A stretch of DNA of 63,119 bases, the filler included, from Octopus bimaculoides (lineage: Eukaryota): the NCBI RefSeq assembly GCF_001194135.2. It is 5 parts of 4 records of this genome, joined end to end, with 100 filler letters (N's around TTAATTAATTAA, not from the genome) between each part and the next. Parts side by side here need not be neighbours in the genome. Positions count along the whole stretch, not along the records: positions 16,688 to 42,305 come from NC_068985.1; positions 42,406 to 49,261 come from NC_068985.1; positions 49,362 to 60,403 come from NC_069001.1; 2 more parts are not named here. One strand, 5' to 3'. The stretch's first letter is position 1, and every line of letters starts with the position of its first letter. The position numbers and the translations under genes are program-made. Shown piece by piece: positions 38,521-50,817 of the stretch. The notes under the pieces are model-generated. The model was not told the DNA's origin. It saw nothing but the letters and a program-made list of their open reading frames with translations, and did not search any database.

Positions 38521-39945
38521 GTGTTTAGTAAAACACTGCACACTGCTGTCTATGTTAAACTATTATCATTATTATTATTATTATTCTGTGTGTGTGTGTA
38601 TGTGCGTGTGTGTGTGTTCATGTTCGTATATGTATATGTATTAGACATCTGTATCCAAACTATCCAAGAAAAAGCTAATCACATTTCAATGTAAACAATC
38701 TCCCGGTCTTAATCTTTATCCATCACGTTCCTATGACAACAACTTGCCCCTTACAATCATTATCCTTATGCCACACCACCATTCCTGCTGTCTGTCTTGC
38801 CATATTTTCTGACTAATCTTTTCCTTCCTTCTTTCCTTCCTTCCTTTCTTTTTCTGTATCTCCATATCGGTCCCTTTTTTTTTTTTCTCGTTTTGTATTT
38901 CAATACAAAACATACATCCAAATATATATTAAAGTAGCAAAATCAATGTTGCTTTTCGCCTTGTCTTCATGACAACCCTAGTGCGTTCTTCATTGTTCTA
39001 CCACTATCACTACCATCTGCCACAACTATCNNNNNNNNNNNNNNNNNNNNNNNNNNNNNNNNNNNNNNNNNNNNNNNNNNNNNNNNNNNNNNNNNNNNNN
39101 NNNNNNNNNNNNNNNNNNNNNNNNNNNNNNNNNNNNNNNNNNNNNNNNNNNNNNNNNNNNNNNNNNNNNNNNNNNNNNNNNNNNNNNNNNNNNNNNNNNN
39201 NNNNNNNNNNNNNNNNNNNNNNNNNNNNNNNNNNNNNNNNNNNNNNNNNNNNNNNNNNNNNNNNNNNNNNNNNNNNNNNNNNNNNNNNNNNNNNNNNNNN
39301 NNNNNNNNNNNNNNNNNNNNNNNNNNNNNNNNNNNNNNNNNNNNNNNNNNNNNNNNNNNNNNNNNNNNNNNNNNNNNNNNNNNNNNNNNNNNNNNNNNNN
39401 NNNNNNNNNNNNNNNNNNNNNNNNNNNNNNNNNNNNNNNNNNNNNNNNNNNNNNNNNNNNNNNNNNNNNNNNNNNNNNNNNNNNNNNNNNNNNNNNNNNN
39501 NNNNNNNNNNNNNNNNNNNNNNNNNNNNNNNNNNNNNNNNNNNNNNNNNNNNNNNNNNNNNNNNNNNNNNNNNNNNNNNNNNNNNNNNNNNNNNNNNNNN
39601 NNNNNNNNNNNNNNNNNNNNNNNNNNNNNNNNNNNNNNNNNNNNNNNNNNNNNNNNNNNNNNNNNNNNNNNNNNNNNNNNNNNNNNNNNNNNNNNNNNNN
39701 NNNNNNNNNNNNNNNNNNNNNNNNNNNNNNNNNNNNNNNNNNNNNNNNNNNNNNNNNNNNNNNNNNNNNNNNNNNNNNNNNNNNNNNNNNNNNNNNNNNN
39801 NNNNNNNNNNNNNNNNNNNNNNNNNNNNNNNNNNNNNNNNNNNNNNNNNNNNNNNNNNNNNNNNNNNNNNNNNNNNNNNNNNNNCAGGCTACCACCATCA
39901 CCACCACCACCACCACCACCACCAAGAGTACTACAATACTTTTTA

Positions 39946-40324
39946 TTGGCACTCCGTCGGTTACGACGTCGAGGGTTCCAGTTGATCCGATCAACGGAAC
40001 AGCCTGCTCGTGAAACTAACGTGCAAGTGGCTGAGCACTCCACAGACACGTGTACCCTTAACGTAGTTCTCGGGGATATTCAGCGTGACACAGTGTGACA
40101 AGGTTGACCCTTTGAATTACAGACACAACAGAAACAGGACGTAAGAGTGAGAGAAAGTTGTGGTGAAAGAGTACAGCAGGGTTCGCCACCATCCCCTGCC
40201 GGAGCTTCGTGGAGCTTTTAGGTGTTTTCGCTCAATAAATACTCACAACGTCCGGGCTGGGAATAGAAACCACGATCCTATGACAGCGAGTCCGCTGCCC
40301 TAACCACTGGGCCATTGCGCCTCC
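39946..40324 (-). mobile_element. SINE family C, full length
   Basis: Minus-strand tRNA-like head ggaggcgcaatggcccagtggttagggcagcggactc...; tail ggagtgcc. Confidence 0.9.
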
Positions 40325-41315
40325 ACTACTACTACTACTACTACAATACTACAACCTCCACTACCTTCATACAATAAGAGAACTTCTATGTGTTTGCTTG
40401 GCCTGATTGAAACAACAGTCAAATCTCTCTGTAACCATATACTATCAAGGTAATGATGAAACATTGGATAATATTTACAGGTATGGCTGTGTGGTTAAGA
40501 AGCTCACTTTGCAACCATGTAGAATATCGATAATGTTGATTGCCGAGAGAAATAGACTGTAACGTTTCGTAATCTTGCCATTTAAGAAATATTAAAGACG
40601 TTAGCCATCCCATGCTTCACATTAATAGATCTTAAAAACATTCTCTGACCATTCCTTTATATATATGTGTTTGTATGTAAAAGGCGTAAAGGGTCACGCA
40701 ATTCAAACCAAATAAATTGTCCATCAAAAACTTAGAACTTTGTGTATGAATAGGTGTTTGAATTAGTACTTACTAAAAAGACCATTTGAATTGGAGACTG
40801 TAACTGCTCTTACCACTACTGGCGAAGAGCGCCAGACACATGTAGCCTGCAATAGGAACTTGGCCATAACCTTTCTCTGTATTTCTACAGAGAAACGTCT
40901 CGTAGTAACAACCAGCTTTTCCCCCTTCTAAACTCGGCAAAAGCTAAGCGAATGATATGACATATATTCCCTATTCCAGAAGCCCCCTTCACTCAGAACA
41001 AGAAACACTAACTAATAAGATTTTTTGATGTCTTTAGTAGCACTGAGATAGGATAATAATCGTGGGGAGGTTGTGTTGGTGGTGATAGTAATGGCAGTGG
41101 TAGACGTATTGCTGTAGTTTCGGGTGGATAGCAATTGTAGTGGTAGTAGGGATTGGTACTGATATTAGTAGTGAGATTGGCGGTAGTAGAGGTGCCCTAG
41201 CTATGATAAAGGGGAAGGACAGTGTGGGAGTGGTGGTTATGACAGCAATGGTGGTCATAATGGTCTGTTTTAATTTTATTTGCTTTTATCAATTATTATT
41301 ATCATTATTATTATT

Positions 41316-41872
41316 GTGTGAGAGAGCAGTGCATGCCATCAAAGTGACACAGGGGTAAAATATATGAAGCCCTGCATACCCATCATAACTACCCGTCTGA
41401 TAAGAGTATACCAGGCACATGCATCACAACCATATGTGCACGACATGGTGATCTCATATCAAGATAAACAGCGCATGACCTTGCAGGTGGGGGCCCAGTT
41501 AGAATTTTCTTCAGGTCGAGTAGCCCATCCCGCTCAAAAGGTCCCTGAATAAAGGTTGCTTAAGGATGTTGAGCAAAACACCCATGTTTCCAAAGGTGAA
41601 TTATTCAAACCCCAAAGATTTCCTCTAAACACGTGGCTATGATGCTCCCCCAATACTTCTGCTCGTGATCAGAGATGCACATATCGTCAGCCACCAAGGG
41701 ACATGCTCAACTGGTTAAGGTCAAACAACTGACAAGCAAACCTGTGGTATTGAGCAGAATATTTGCTGTAGCCCATCTTCTATACCATGTCAAAACAATG
41801 TACATGATAACACTTCCAACCAGTTAAGATCAGAAGCCATGTGAACCAGTGCCTGATACCGCATCCAGGCAT
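41316..41872 (-). mobile_element. ~560-bp non-coding interspersed element flanked by (TAA)n on both sides
   Basis: A GC-richer segment between (TTA)n runs at about 41292-41315 and 41873-41915, with no TIRs. I recognise it from memory as a recurrent octopus repeat; the strand is inferred from the tail. Confidence 0.6.
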
Positions 41873-41878
41873 TTATTA

Positions 41879-41915
<37 letters not shown>

Positions 41916-42059
41916 GTTGAATGGCAACGGTTTTTTGAGTGGATGTAAAGTGGCTGTATTGAGATGTGGGAAAAGTGGTGGTAGGGAGCTGATGCTGGAA
42001 GAGAAAGATGGTAGTGAAGGTAAGTGATGACGATGGAGGTAGACCCATCAATCTTTTTA

Positions 42060-42103
<44 letters not shown>

Positions 42104-42305
42104 ACGAAACTAGAACGCATACTTTTCCGCTTTCTGTGGAAGGGTGGCGTTCCGATGGTGAGGCGATCCATTTGCTGTCAACAACCGTTACGTGGAGGAC
42201 TGGGGATGCCGTGGTTAATGATGCGCAGACATGCGCTGAGACTGCGGCATCTCTGGAACTTCATTGACGACGGTGAACAGGTGTGGGCGCCGTTTGTGAG
42301 GCACG
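42104..42305 (+). mobile_element. Tx1/L1-clade ORF2 fragment (post-RT region), 5'-truncated, running into a gap
   Basis: Open frame TKLERILFRFLWKG...VRRSICCQQPLRGGLGMP...ALRLRHLW...W, matching the F.FLW.G...P...GGLG.P pattern. It starts directly after (TCTA)n. Confidence 0.85.
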
Positions 42306-43178
42306 NNNNNNNNNNNNNNNNNNNNNNNNNNNNNNNNNNNNNNNNNNNNTTAATTAATTAANNNNNNNNNNNNNNNNNNNNNNNNNNNNNNNNNNNNNNN
42401 NNNNNTATATATACATATACACACACCGTGTGTGTGTGCGTGTGTACATTACAAACTCAACTTGAAAACAGATTGTAATCGGAAATTTGGTATTTACTTA
42501 GAGTGTTTGTTCCTGATCTCGAAATCATTCTTGGTTACGTCGTCCTCAGAGAGAAAGATTTTCTCATACATTATTCATATCTGATATATCTAATAGTATG
42601 TACCATCAATTGCTGTGAGTCTGGCTAGTCCATTGGCGCATAAATTACACTTCAATATGTCTATTTTATAAAAGTGCGTCTCAATATATACAACAATAAC
42701 AGCTTGTGCTGATGATAATCAAAATATTCGACACTTGGTGGCTATCTACATTTATAACTATATAATTACTGGACATGATTTGTCGTTGTTTAAAACAGGC
42801 TAATCATGTGAGTGACTCTAATTAAGCACCAATTTACGCTACACGTGAACTTTTAGGTAGCTTTTGAAATTTTGTGTCAAATTCATTCATGTCTTGAAAT
42901 TAACTTCTTTTTTCCTGAAGAAACGCAATTTAACATCGGTCTTTCGTTTCCCCAATTAAAGCAAAATTTATATTCGTGGAATTTCTAAGAACATTCCTAT
43001 TCAAAAAACTATTTCCTTGAATTAATAATTTATGGTTACAATTCTTTTTTTCAATACACAATATTTAAATACGTGGTTGTTACTAAAATTTTCTTCACCT
43101 TTACCAAAACCGGAACGTTAGAGTAAAAGCCTCAGTTTCTTTGTAAGAGAAATATAAGGACAATTTACTGATTACACA

Positions 43179-43213
<35 letters not shown>

Positions 43214-43302
43214 CCTCAGTCATAAACGCTCATACATATAGATAAATACTACACGAAAATGTATACAATGTATAAAAAAATGTATTAAAAAAAAATTACA
43301 AG

Positions 43303-43368
<66 letters not shown>

Positions 43369-44689
43369 ATGTTCACCAAAATATATACTTTTCATTTTGT
43401 ATAATCATCAATCGCAGAAGAGGAGTGGATCATGTTATTTCCGCTGTTGTACAAATGCCATTAGCTGTAAATATAACGCGAAATAATTTTCTATCAGTAT
43501 TAACAACGAATCATGCAAAATCTCAGTTGGATCATTATCTCCAACTTTTAGAAAGAGAATATCATATATGCACAGTATTAGCAGGTCAACAAGTCTTAGT
43601 GGAGTGTAATGATCGTTTGGATTTGCAGGTATTTCATTTGGCTTCCGAATTGATGAGACGTAAACAAATACGGCATGATATTTTACACAGAACGAAATTG
43701 AAAATCTTTTAAATTGCCATTCAAAAAGCAATTTGACAATGGAAACGAATGAAAAATGGTTTTTAATCGTACTCATTCTGCTAATTACATTATTATAATT
43801 TCATTCTGTATCATTTTTTGTTTTTAACAATCATTTAAAATTCCTCTTTAAAAAAATAATCCATTGTCTAAAATTTAATTTGGTTTTTAATCAGCTTTCA
43901 TTTATTTATACGTTTACGACACTATTCCAGACTACTTCGAAGTCATTAAAACTATGTACCCGCCATGCATGCGTAGCCAACACCAGCAGTCAATTTGACT
44001 AGATCTAGTCGCATTTCATAATGGCGCGATTATCTCACTTGCCAGTGTATATAAATGTGCATTTATGCAACTTTAAGGTTTTAAAGTCTTATTTCTAGCA
44101 ATATAGGAGGCTATTCGGCACCCTCAGTTACATTTAATGACGATTAAAATTTTCATTTCTGGTTTTACATTGCACTCAGATGCTTATATCAATTTTTAGT
44201 ATGCACAGAAACATTTCGCTAAATCAGCCATAAAATTATATGGTAAATATATATAAGGACAGTGAATTTTAGCAGAACCATCCGAATAATGGAGTAAAAC
44301 ACTGCTGAGCGGTCTGAAATTCTCACTTTTGCTCACGGGAGGGTTATAATATAAATATATAAAAACGTGAGCTTATGCAGCTTCTAGGGTTTTAACTCAT
44401 TTTCTAGCAATTCTGGTGCTATTCAACACTCTCATCTACAATTAGTAACGATTGAATATATACATATATATACACACACATGGATATGTAGGTGTGTTTC
44501 TCAACTGTCATCTTACATATCATTTCCACTACACATATCTCTTTCCACGCTTTTAAACTCAATTCCCATTCAACTACTACACTATATTTTCCCACTCTTA
44601 GTAGTGGTTAAGAACGCGGGTTATTAACTTCAATATTCCGAGTTCTATTTTAAAAAAAGGATTGACGTAACTCTTCACGAAGCTAAATA

Positions 44690-45200
44690 GTCAAGACGAA
44701 GAGTTCGATTCTAGATGTCTTATTTTTTGAACAATATTTCGACAGAACGTCTGTCTTTCTCAAGTTCAAAGGAAAAGGTGATTGAAAATTCAAAATTTCA
44801 GAAACCAAACGTAAACTATGAACGTGAGTAACCAGCGTCCATACGTTGATAGAATGACATCATCAGCTTTTGTCAGTTTTTTAATAAGCAGAAAGAAAGA
44901 AAGAAAAAGGAAGACGACAGAAAAAGAAAAGAAAAAGAGAGAAAGAAGAATATTCATCAAACGTCTTCCTTTTTCTTTCTTTTTTTCTTTCTTTCTTTCT
45001 GTTTATTAAAAAACTGACAAAAGCTGATGATGTCATTCTATCAACGTATGGACGCTGATTACTCACGTTCATAGTTTACGTTTGGTTTCTGAAATTTTGA
45101 ATTTTCAATCACCTTTTGGTTTGAACTTGAGAAAGACAGACGTTCTGTCGAAATATTGTTCAAAAAATAAAACATCTAAAATCGCACTCTTCGTCTTGAC
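44690..45200. mobile_element. 511-bp foldback element / long-TIR MITE
   Basis: Arms 44690-44916 and 44962-45200 are near-perfect reverse complements around a 45-bp spacer. Termini are TA|GTCAAGACGAAGAG ... CTCTTCGTCTTGAC|TA. Confidence 0.85.
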
Positions 45201-45269
<69 letters not shown>

Positions 45270-46699
45270 TAATAACAACAACAACAAAAAGTTCGAAATT
45301 TTCCCAAGACACATGATGAATGCTGGAGGGTACATCAGCTGGAACGTTGTGTTAACAACAAACAAGATGAGGACAAATATTCGTCAAATGTAAATAATAT
45401 AAATAATGTCTAAATTTTCTGTTAATTACTTTCTTTCTCCTCCTTCTTTTTCTCTGAATTAGTTTTGACCTTAAATCTATTAACGGTTTAAAAAAAATAA
45501 CTTGCTAGCGTTCCCCTTCATCATATATGGTTAAAATGGCTTATTGACGTGTTTTGTTTCTCTTTTTTTCCCCTGACGAGATGATCGCATAGTTTTACAT
45601 CATTTTTATTCCCTCCCGAATAAACACAATCCTCTTTTNNNNNNNNNNCACTCAACCCTGGAATTTCTACATTTATAAGTAAGCTGTAATAACCTTGGCA
45701 TCCACTAAAATGTTGTACACGGTGTAAGGAAAAGTTACATATAATGGCGTTTCAGAAATCAAGTGGGATTTCATGTAGGCCGGTACTGCAATTATATGTT
45801 ACATTAAGAAGCGTTTTTTTGTTGTTTACACCGAAGAAATCGTTTTTTGCTGAAAGCATCAACAATAATAAAATGAAGGAGATATGTTCTAAGTTATACA
45901 TGAAAATTTGAAAGGAAAACTTACACATGAAGATCACAGTTTATATAAAATAAACTGCATTCATTTCATACACAAGTCTACTACACTCAGAGAATCTTTT
46001 ATTTAAGTTACATTAAACTTATGTATTGCCGTTCATTATATAAAGTGCGTAGAATGCTTACGTAAGCTCGTCAGGTACTACTTATATATCTACACTCTCA
46101 TTATCATTCAAATATTGTCTTCTATTGCAGTCTTATCCGCTAATCTAAATTCATCTCAGTAGAGAAAAACAAACATTTATATTTACTGTGGGCGGATTAG
46201 TATTCTATCTGTTGATAAGATTTGACTCTGATACGCTTAAATCTTTGAAAATAGAATCTACGTAAGTCAATAATAGGCCACTTCATTTCAATAAATAGAT
46301 AACCGATATTGATGTAGGATAAAAGAAAGGAACATTTCGAATGATTTGAAAAACAACCTTACAAATTCAATACTAATTAAAATTTTATATAAAGCTCATT
46401 CTTCGAAGATATATGACTATTTGGTCTCGCATGGAATTCTCTATCATCTTACAAGTCTTGTATTTATAAATAATAGTTAAACGACGGAATGGAGTTGATA
46501 AGATTCGAGCTACATATGTTTCGTACCGAACAGAAGGTTGGAACTGGTAAATATCCAAGCAAGGTGCATAATACAAGTTACTCTTCAGACCAAGGATATC
46601 TTGATTAAATCAAAGCTTACATTGTCGTAAAGAGGCACATGTTAATGCATGGAAAATTCAATTAGAATGCGTAGCATTATGTGTGTGTGTCGCTGTGTC

Positions 46700-46955
46700 T
46701 GTGTCTTCCACCAGCGCTTAGTAACCAGCGTCGGTTTGGTAAGTCCCCGTAACTTGCAAGTTCGGCAAAAGAGGTCAATAGGTTAAGTACCAGGCTTTAA
46801 AAATACGAACGGGGCTCAATTTGATTGTCTAAGTATACTTCAAGTGATGCCCCACCATGGCCGCGGTCTAATGTGTGAAACAAGCAAAAGAATATATATA
46901 CTTGTGAGTGGATTTCGTAAACGGAAACTGAAAGAAACCAGTCGTGTATATATGC

Positions 46956-47002
<47 letters not shown>

Positions 47003-47205
47003 TGTGTGTGTGTGTGTGTGTATGTGTGTGTATGCATTTATGTATGTATTTGTGTGCTTGTCCCCCAACATCGCTTGACAACCATAATTTAGCTGTTCGG
47101 CAAAAGTGACCGATAGAATAAGTACTAGACTTACAATGAATGTTTGACAAATGGCAGTGCTTCAGCATGGCCACAGTCAAATGGCTAAACACAAATAAAA
47201 GAATA
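46700..47205 (+). mobile_element. Two partial SINE family A copies in tandem
   Basis: A tail segment at 46700-46895, then a body plus tail at 46901-47205. Confidence 0.8.
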
Positions 47206-47207
47206 TA

Positions 47208-47615
47208 TTTTTTATTCTTTTAACTGTTTCAGTCATTTGACTGCAGCCATACTGGAGCACAGCTTTTAGTAGTGCAAATCGACACAAAGACTTATTCTTT
47301 GTAAGCATAGTACTTATTCGGTCGGTTCTTTTGCCGAACCGGTAAGTTACGGGGACGTAAACACACCAACATCGTTTGTCAAGCGATGTTGGGGGACAAA
47401 CACAGACACACACACACATACACATAAACATACACACATATATATGTATGTGACGAGCATCTTTCAGTGTCCGTCTGCCAAATCCAAACACAAGGTTTTA
47501 AGCGGCCCGTGGCTATAGTAGAAGACACTTACCTAAGTTGTGCTACGCAGTAGGACTGAACCGGGAACCATGTCGTTGGTAAGCCAGCTACTTACCCAAC
47601 AGCCACTCCTGCGCC
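47208..47615 (-). mobile_element. SINE family A, full length (CpGs retained)
   Basis: Reverse-complement head ggcgcaggagtggctgttgggtaagtagc at 47615. Confidence 0.88.
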
Positions 47616-48007
47616 TATCTATATAATTTTATGCATATGTATATATGTTTGCGTCAGGTAATTATTGAATGAAACACAATAGAACATGTGTTACGTAACA
47701 GCTTCCGTTAAATCAGCGCTTTTCCTATAAAGAATTGTGCACCCAAAGTTGAGTGCTAATGCAGTATCTCAAATCTTCCTTAAGGCTATTTTAATGGTTG
47801 CAACCGAATGAAAGTGATTACGTAACTCCTATTCTGTTACCGTTAATTGATGAAGGTTGTATTATCTTGTGTCATGACGTGCGCGTCTGTATGACTCTGG
47901 AACAGAGATTTCTATCACGTTTCACAAATTTATGCAGACAAAACTTATTTACTTGTCGGGGATTGCTCTGGCTAAGTACAACCATGATCTTCATTATTTA
48001 TCTATTC

Positions 48008-48052
<45 letters not shown>

Positions 48053-49096
48053 GCTCTCGGTCTGTGTGTCTGTCGGCCTGTCTGTCTGTCTCTGTCTCTC
48101 TGTCTTTTTGTTTCTCTGTCTCTGTCTCTGTCTCTCTCTCTATCTATCTATATATATATATATCTGTCTGTATGTCTGTCTGTCTGTCTATCTACCTAAC
48201 CCTCCCTACCTACCTACCTACCTACCTACCTACCTACCTACCTACTTACCTACCTACCTACCTACCTACCCACCTTCCTGCCTCTCTATCCACATATATA
48301 TCTACACACACACANNNNNNNNNNNNNNNNNNNNNNNNNNNNNNNNNNNNNNNNNNNNNNNNNNNNNNNNNNNNNNNNNNNNNNNNNNNNNNNNNNNNNN
48401 NNNNNNNNNNNNNNNNNNNNNNNNNNNNNNNNNNNNNNNNNNNNNNNNNNNNNNNNNNNNNNNNNNNNNNNNNNNNNNNNNNNNNNNNNNNNNNNNNNNN
48501 NNNNNNNNNNNNNNNNNNNNNNNNNNNNNNNNNNNNNNNNNNNNNNNNNNNNNNNNNNNNNNNNNNNNNNNNNNNNNNNNNNNNNNNNNNNNNNNNNNNN
48601 NNNNNNNNNNNNNNNNNNNNNNNNNNNNNNNNNNNNNNNNNNNNNNNNNNNNNNNNNNNNNNNNNNTTTAACTTTTAAATTTTCATATTCAAAAGAGACA
48701 GAGACTTCAAACTCGATATATCGATTTATTCACCACTCTATGTTAACATTTCTGTGCCAAACTTATCCAGTGACTGGTCCATTGGATTTTGACATTTGGC
48801 ACTTCTTCAGGAGTGGTTACCATCGGAACAAAACACGAAAAAACACATACATAACGATCATTGAATTCTTAAAATCCTTAAATTCTTAAAATCCCGTTAG
48901 ATTTCATCGTTCTGTTATTATAGGGGAGATATCTCCTTAATTTTCTATTTTTATTGCTCTCCTGTGAATTTCCACTAGATTAATTAATTTGTTTATTTCT
49001 TTTTACTATATTATATTACCCATTCCTTTACCCGTATACATATGAATACATACACTTTACCCGTATACTTATCCATATATACATACATACACATAC

Positions 49097-49163
<67 letters not shown>

Positions 49164-49361
49164 CACACATACACATATACACACATACACATATACATAC
49201 AAATACAACACACATACATATACATACACATATATATACATGTACATATACATACATATACNNNNNNNNNNNNNNNNNNNNNNNNNNNNNNNNNNNNNNN
49301 NNNNNTTAATTAATTAANNNNNNNNNNNNNNNNNNNNNNNNNNNNNNNNNNNNNNNNNNNN

Positions 49362-49592
49362 GGCACATAAAAGACACCATTTCGAGCGTGGCCGTTTTCG
49401 TGCGGGTGACACGTAAAAGCACCCACTACACTCTCTGAGTGGTTGGCGTTAGGAAGGGCATCCAGCTGTAGAAACTCTGCCAAATTAGACTGGAGCCTGG
49501 TGTTGCCATCCGGTTTCACCAGTCCTCAGTCAAATCGTCCAACCCATGCTAGCATGGAAAGCGGACGTTAAACGATGATGATGATGATGATG
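49362..49592 (+). mobile_element. SINE family D 3' part (RTE-like tail); diverged relatives at about 50960-51072 (+), 51180-51295 (-) and 54500-54670 (-)
   Basis: ggcgttaggaagggcatccagctgtagaaac...ccaacccatgctagcatggaaagcggacgttaaacgatgatgat. Confidence 0.8.
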
Positions 49593-49595
49593 AAG

Positions 49596-49755
49596 TGAAT
49601 TTTGGAAGAGGGATTATGCAAGTCTACCAGATAGATGGAAGAGCATTATAGAAAATGAAGGAGAATATATTTTAGACTTAAAAAAGGAACTTTATCTTAA
49701 TTTTGAAAAAAATAAAAGAAGTATGAACACACCACAGTTATGAGATGACCCGATA
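49596..49755 (+). mobile_element. Mariner 3' end fragment, same family as 36190-36653
   Basis: gcaagtctaccagatagatggaagagcattatagaaaatgaaggagaatatattttaga matches 36519-36577. Confidence 0.85.
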
Positions 49756-49948
49756 GGCAAATAGTAAACTGTAAAAACATCTAGTATCTCACTTCGTGTT
49801 GATATTGATTTTTTTCTATAACATTTAACACACATCATCTGTCCTTCAGATATCCACGTCTTCAGCAGTAGACTTTTACTACGTTTGTGTTTTTGTCAGT
49901 GATATCGATTATCGATTACTACTACTACTACTTCTCCTCACACATAAA

Positions 49949-50110
49949 AGGCAGTGAGCTGGAAGAAATGCTGCAAAGCATTTCTTCTAGATCTCTATGT
50001 TCTGAGTTCAAATCCCACCCAGGATTTCAGGGTTGGTAAAACAGAGGAGTAAAGTACTGGGGTTAGTGTCCCCCTAACATTGCTGGCTTTGTGCCAAACT
50101 TTGAAACCAT
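49949..50110 (+). mobile_element. SINE family B, CpG-decayed; similar copies at 53050-53217 and 60180-60382
   Basis: ggcagtgagctgg...ttcagggttggtaaa; the family CpGs have become TG/CA. Confidence 0.7.
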
Positions 50111-50455
50111 TATTATTATTATTTCAGACAGTGAACTGGTAGAATTGTTAGATCATCAGAAAGAATGCTTTGTAGAACTTCTTTTGGTTCCTTACGTTCT
50201 GAGTTCAGATCTAGGAATTGAAACCACGGTTTTACAATTGCGAATGCAGCCCGCTAATGACTGGCCACATATCTTCACAATAAAATTAAGTCCCAGTTAA
50301 ATACGAAACTCAATGGTATCGATTAATGCCTTCTCCTCAAATCTGAAGAACAGTGTCAAGCTTTTGTAGAATTGAATTGAACTTGTATAACCGACTGATG
50401 TTAAATTGGAATGTTTTAATGACATCGTTAAACCTGATGAATGTTTAAATTGCAG

Positions 50456-50534
50456 GGTTTTGATGAATACATGAATCTCTGTTTGGACGACGCTGAAGAG
50501 GTTTACATGAAGACGAAAACCAGAAAACAGCTGG
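50456..50534 (+). CDS. SNRPE: snRNP Sm E, penultimate coding exon (79 nt)
   Basis: ttgcag|GGT TTT GAT... translates to [27 protein letters not shown], then |gtaggt. This matches the SmE segment [27 protein letters not shown] and has canonical AG/GT boundaries. Confidence 0.96.
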
Positions 50535-50600
50535 GTAGGTGCTTGTGTTTCATTTTTCCTTTTCGTCTGTATTTGAGGAGACCGACCCTATGGAGTTTGA

Positions 50601-50817
50601 CCCTTTAGCATTTAAACCAGTCACATCTGGCCAAAATATTCTGTTTTTGTCCAAACTGACCAGATCCAGCCTTTCTCACCGACCCTACAATGTCATTTTG
50701 AGAAACAAAGAATCACATCATTGAAACCTGGAAGCTATGAGATAAATCATGATTAATTCAGAGCAATGTTAAAGAAACAAGCATCACATTTAACATTGTA
50801 ATCTGAATGCTAAAGAA
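50601..50817. mobile_element. Probable piggyBac-type MITE, degenerate, inside the SNRPE intron
   Basis: ttga|ccctttagcatt ... aatgctaaag(aa): inverted ends of CCC...GGG type, with one TTAA-like flank. Confidence 0.5.

Noticed and set aside
43425-43776. Overlapping 95-aa (+) and 113-aa (-) ORFs
   Set aside because: No recognisable motif, no similarity to SmE, and AT-rich composition; treated as chance.
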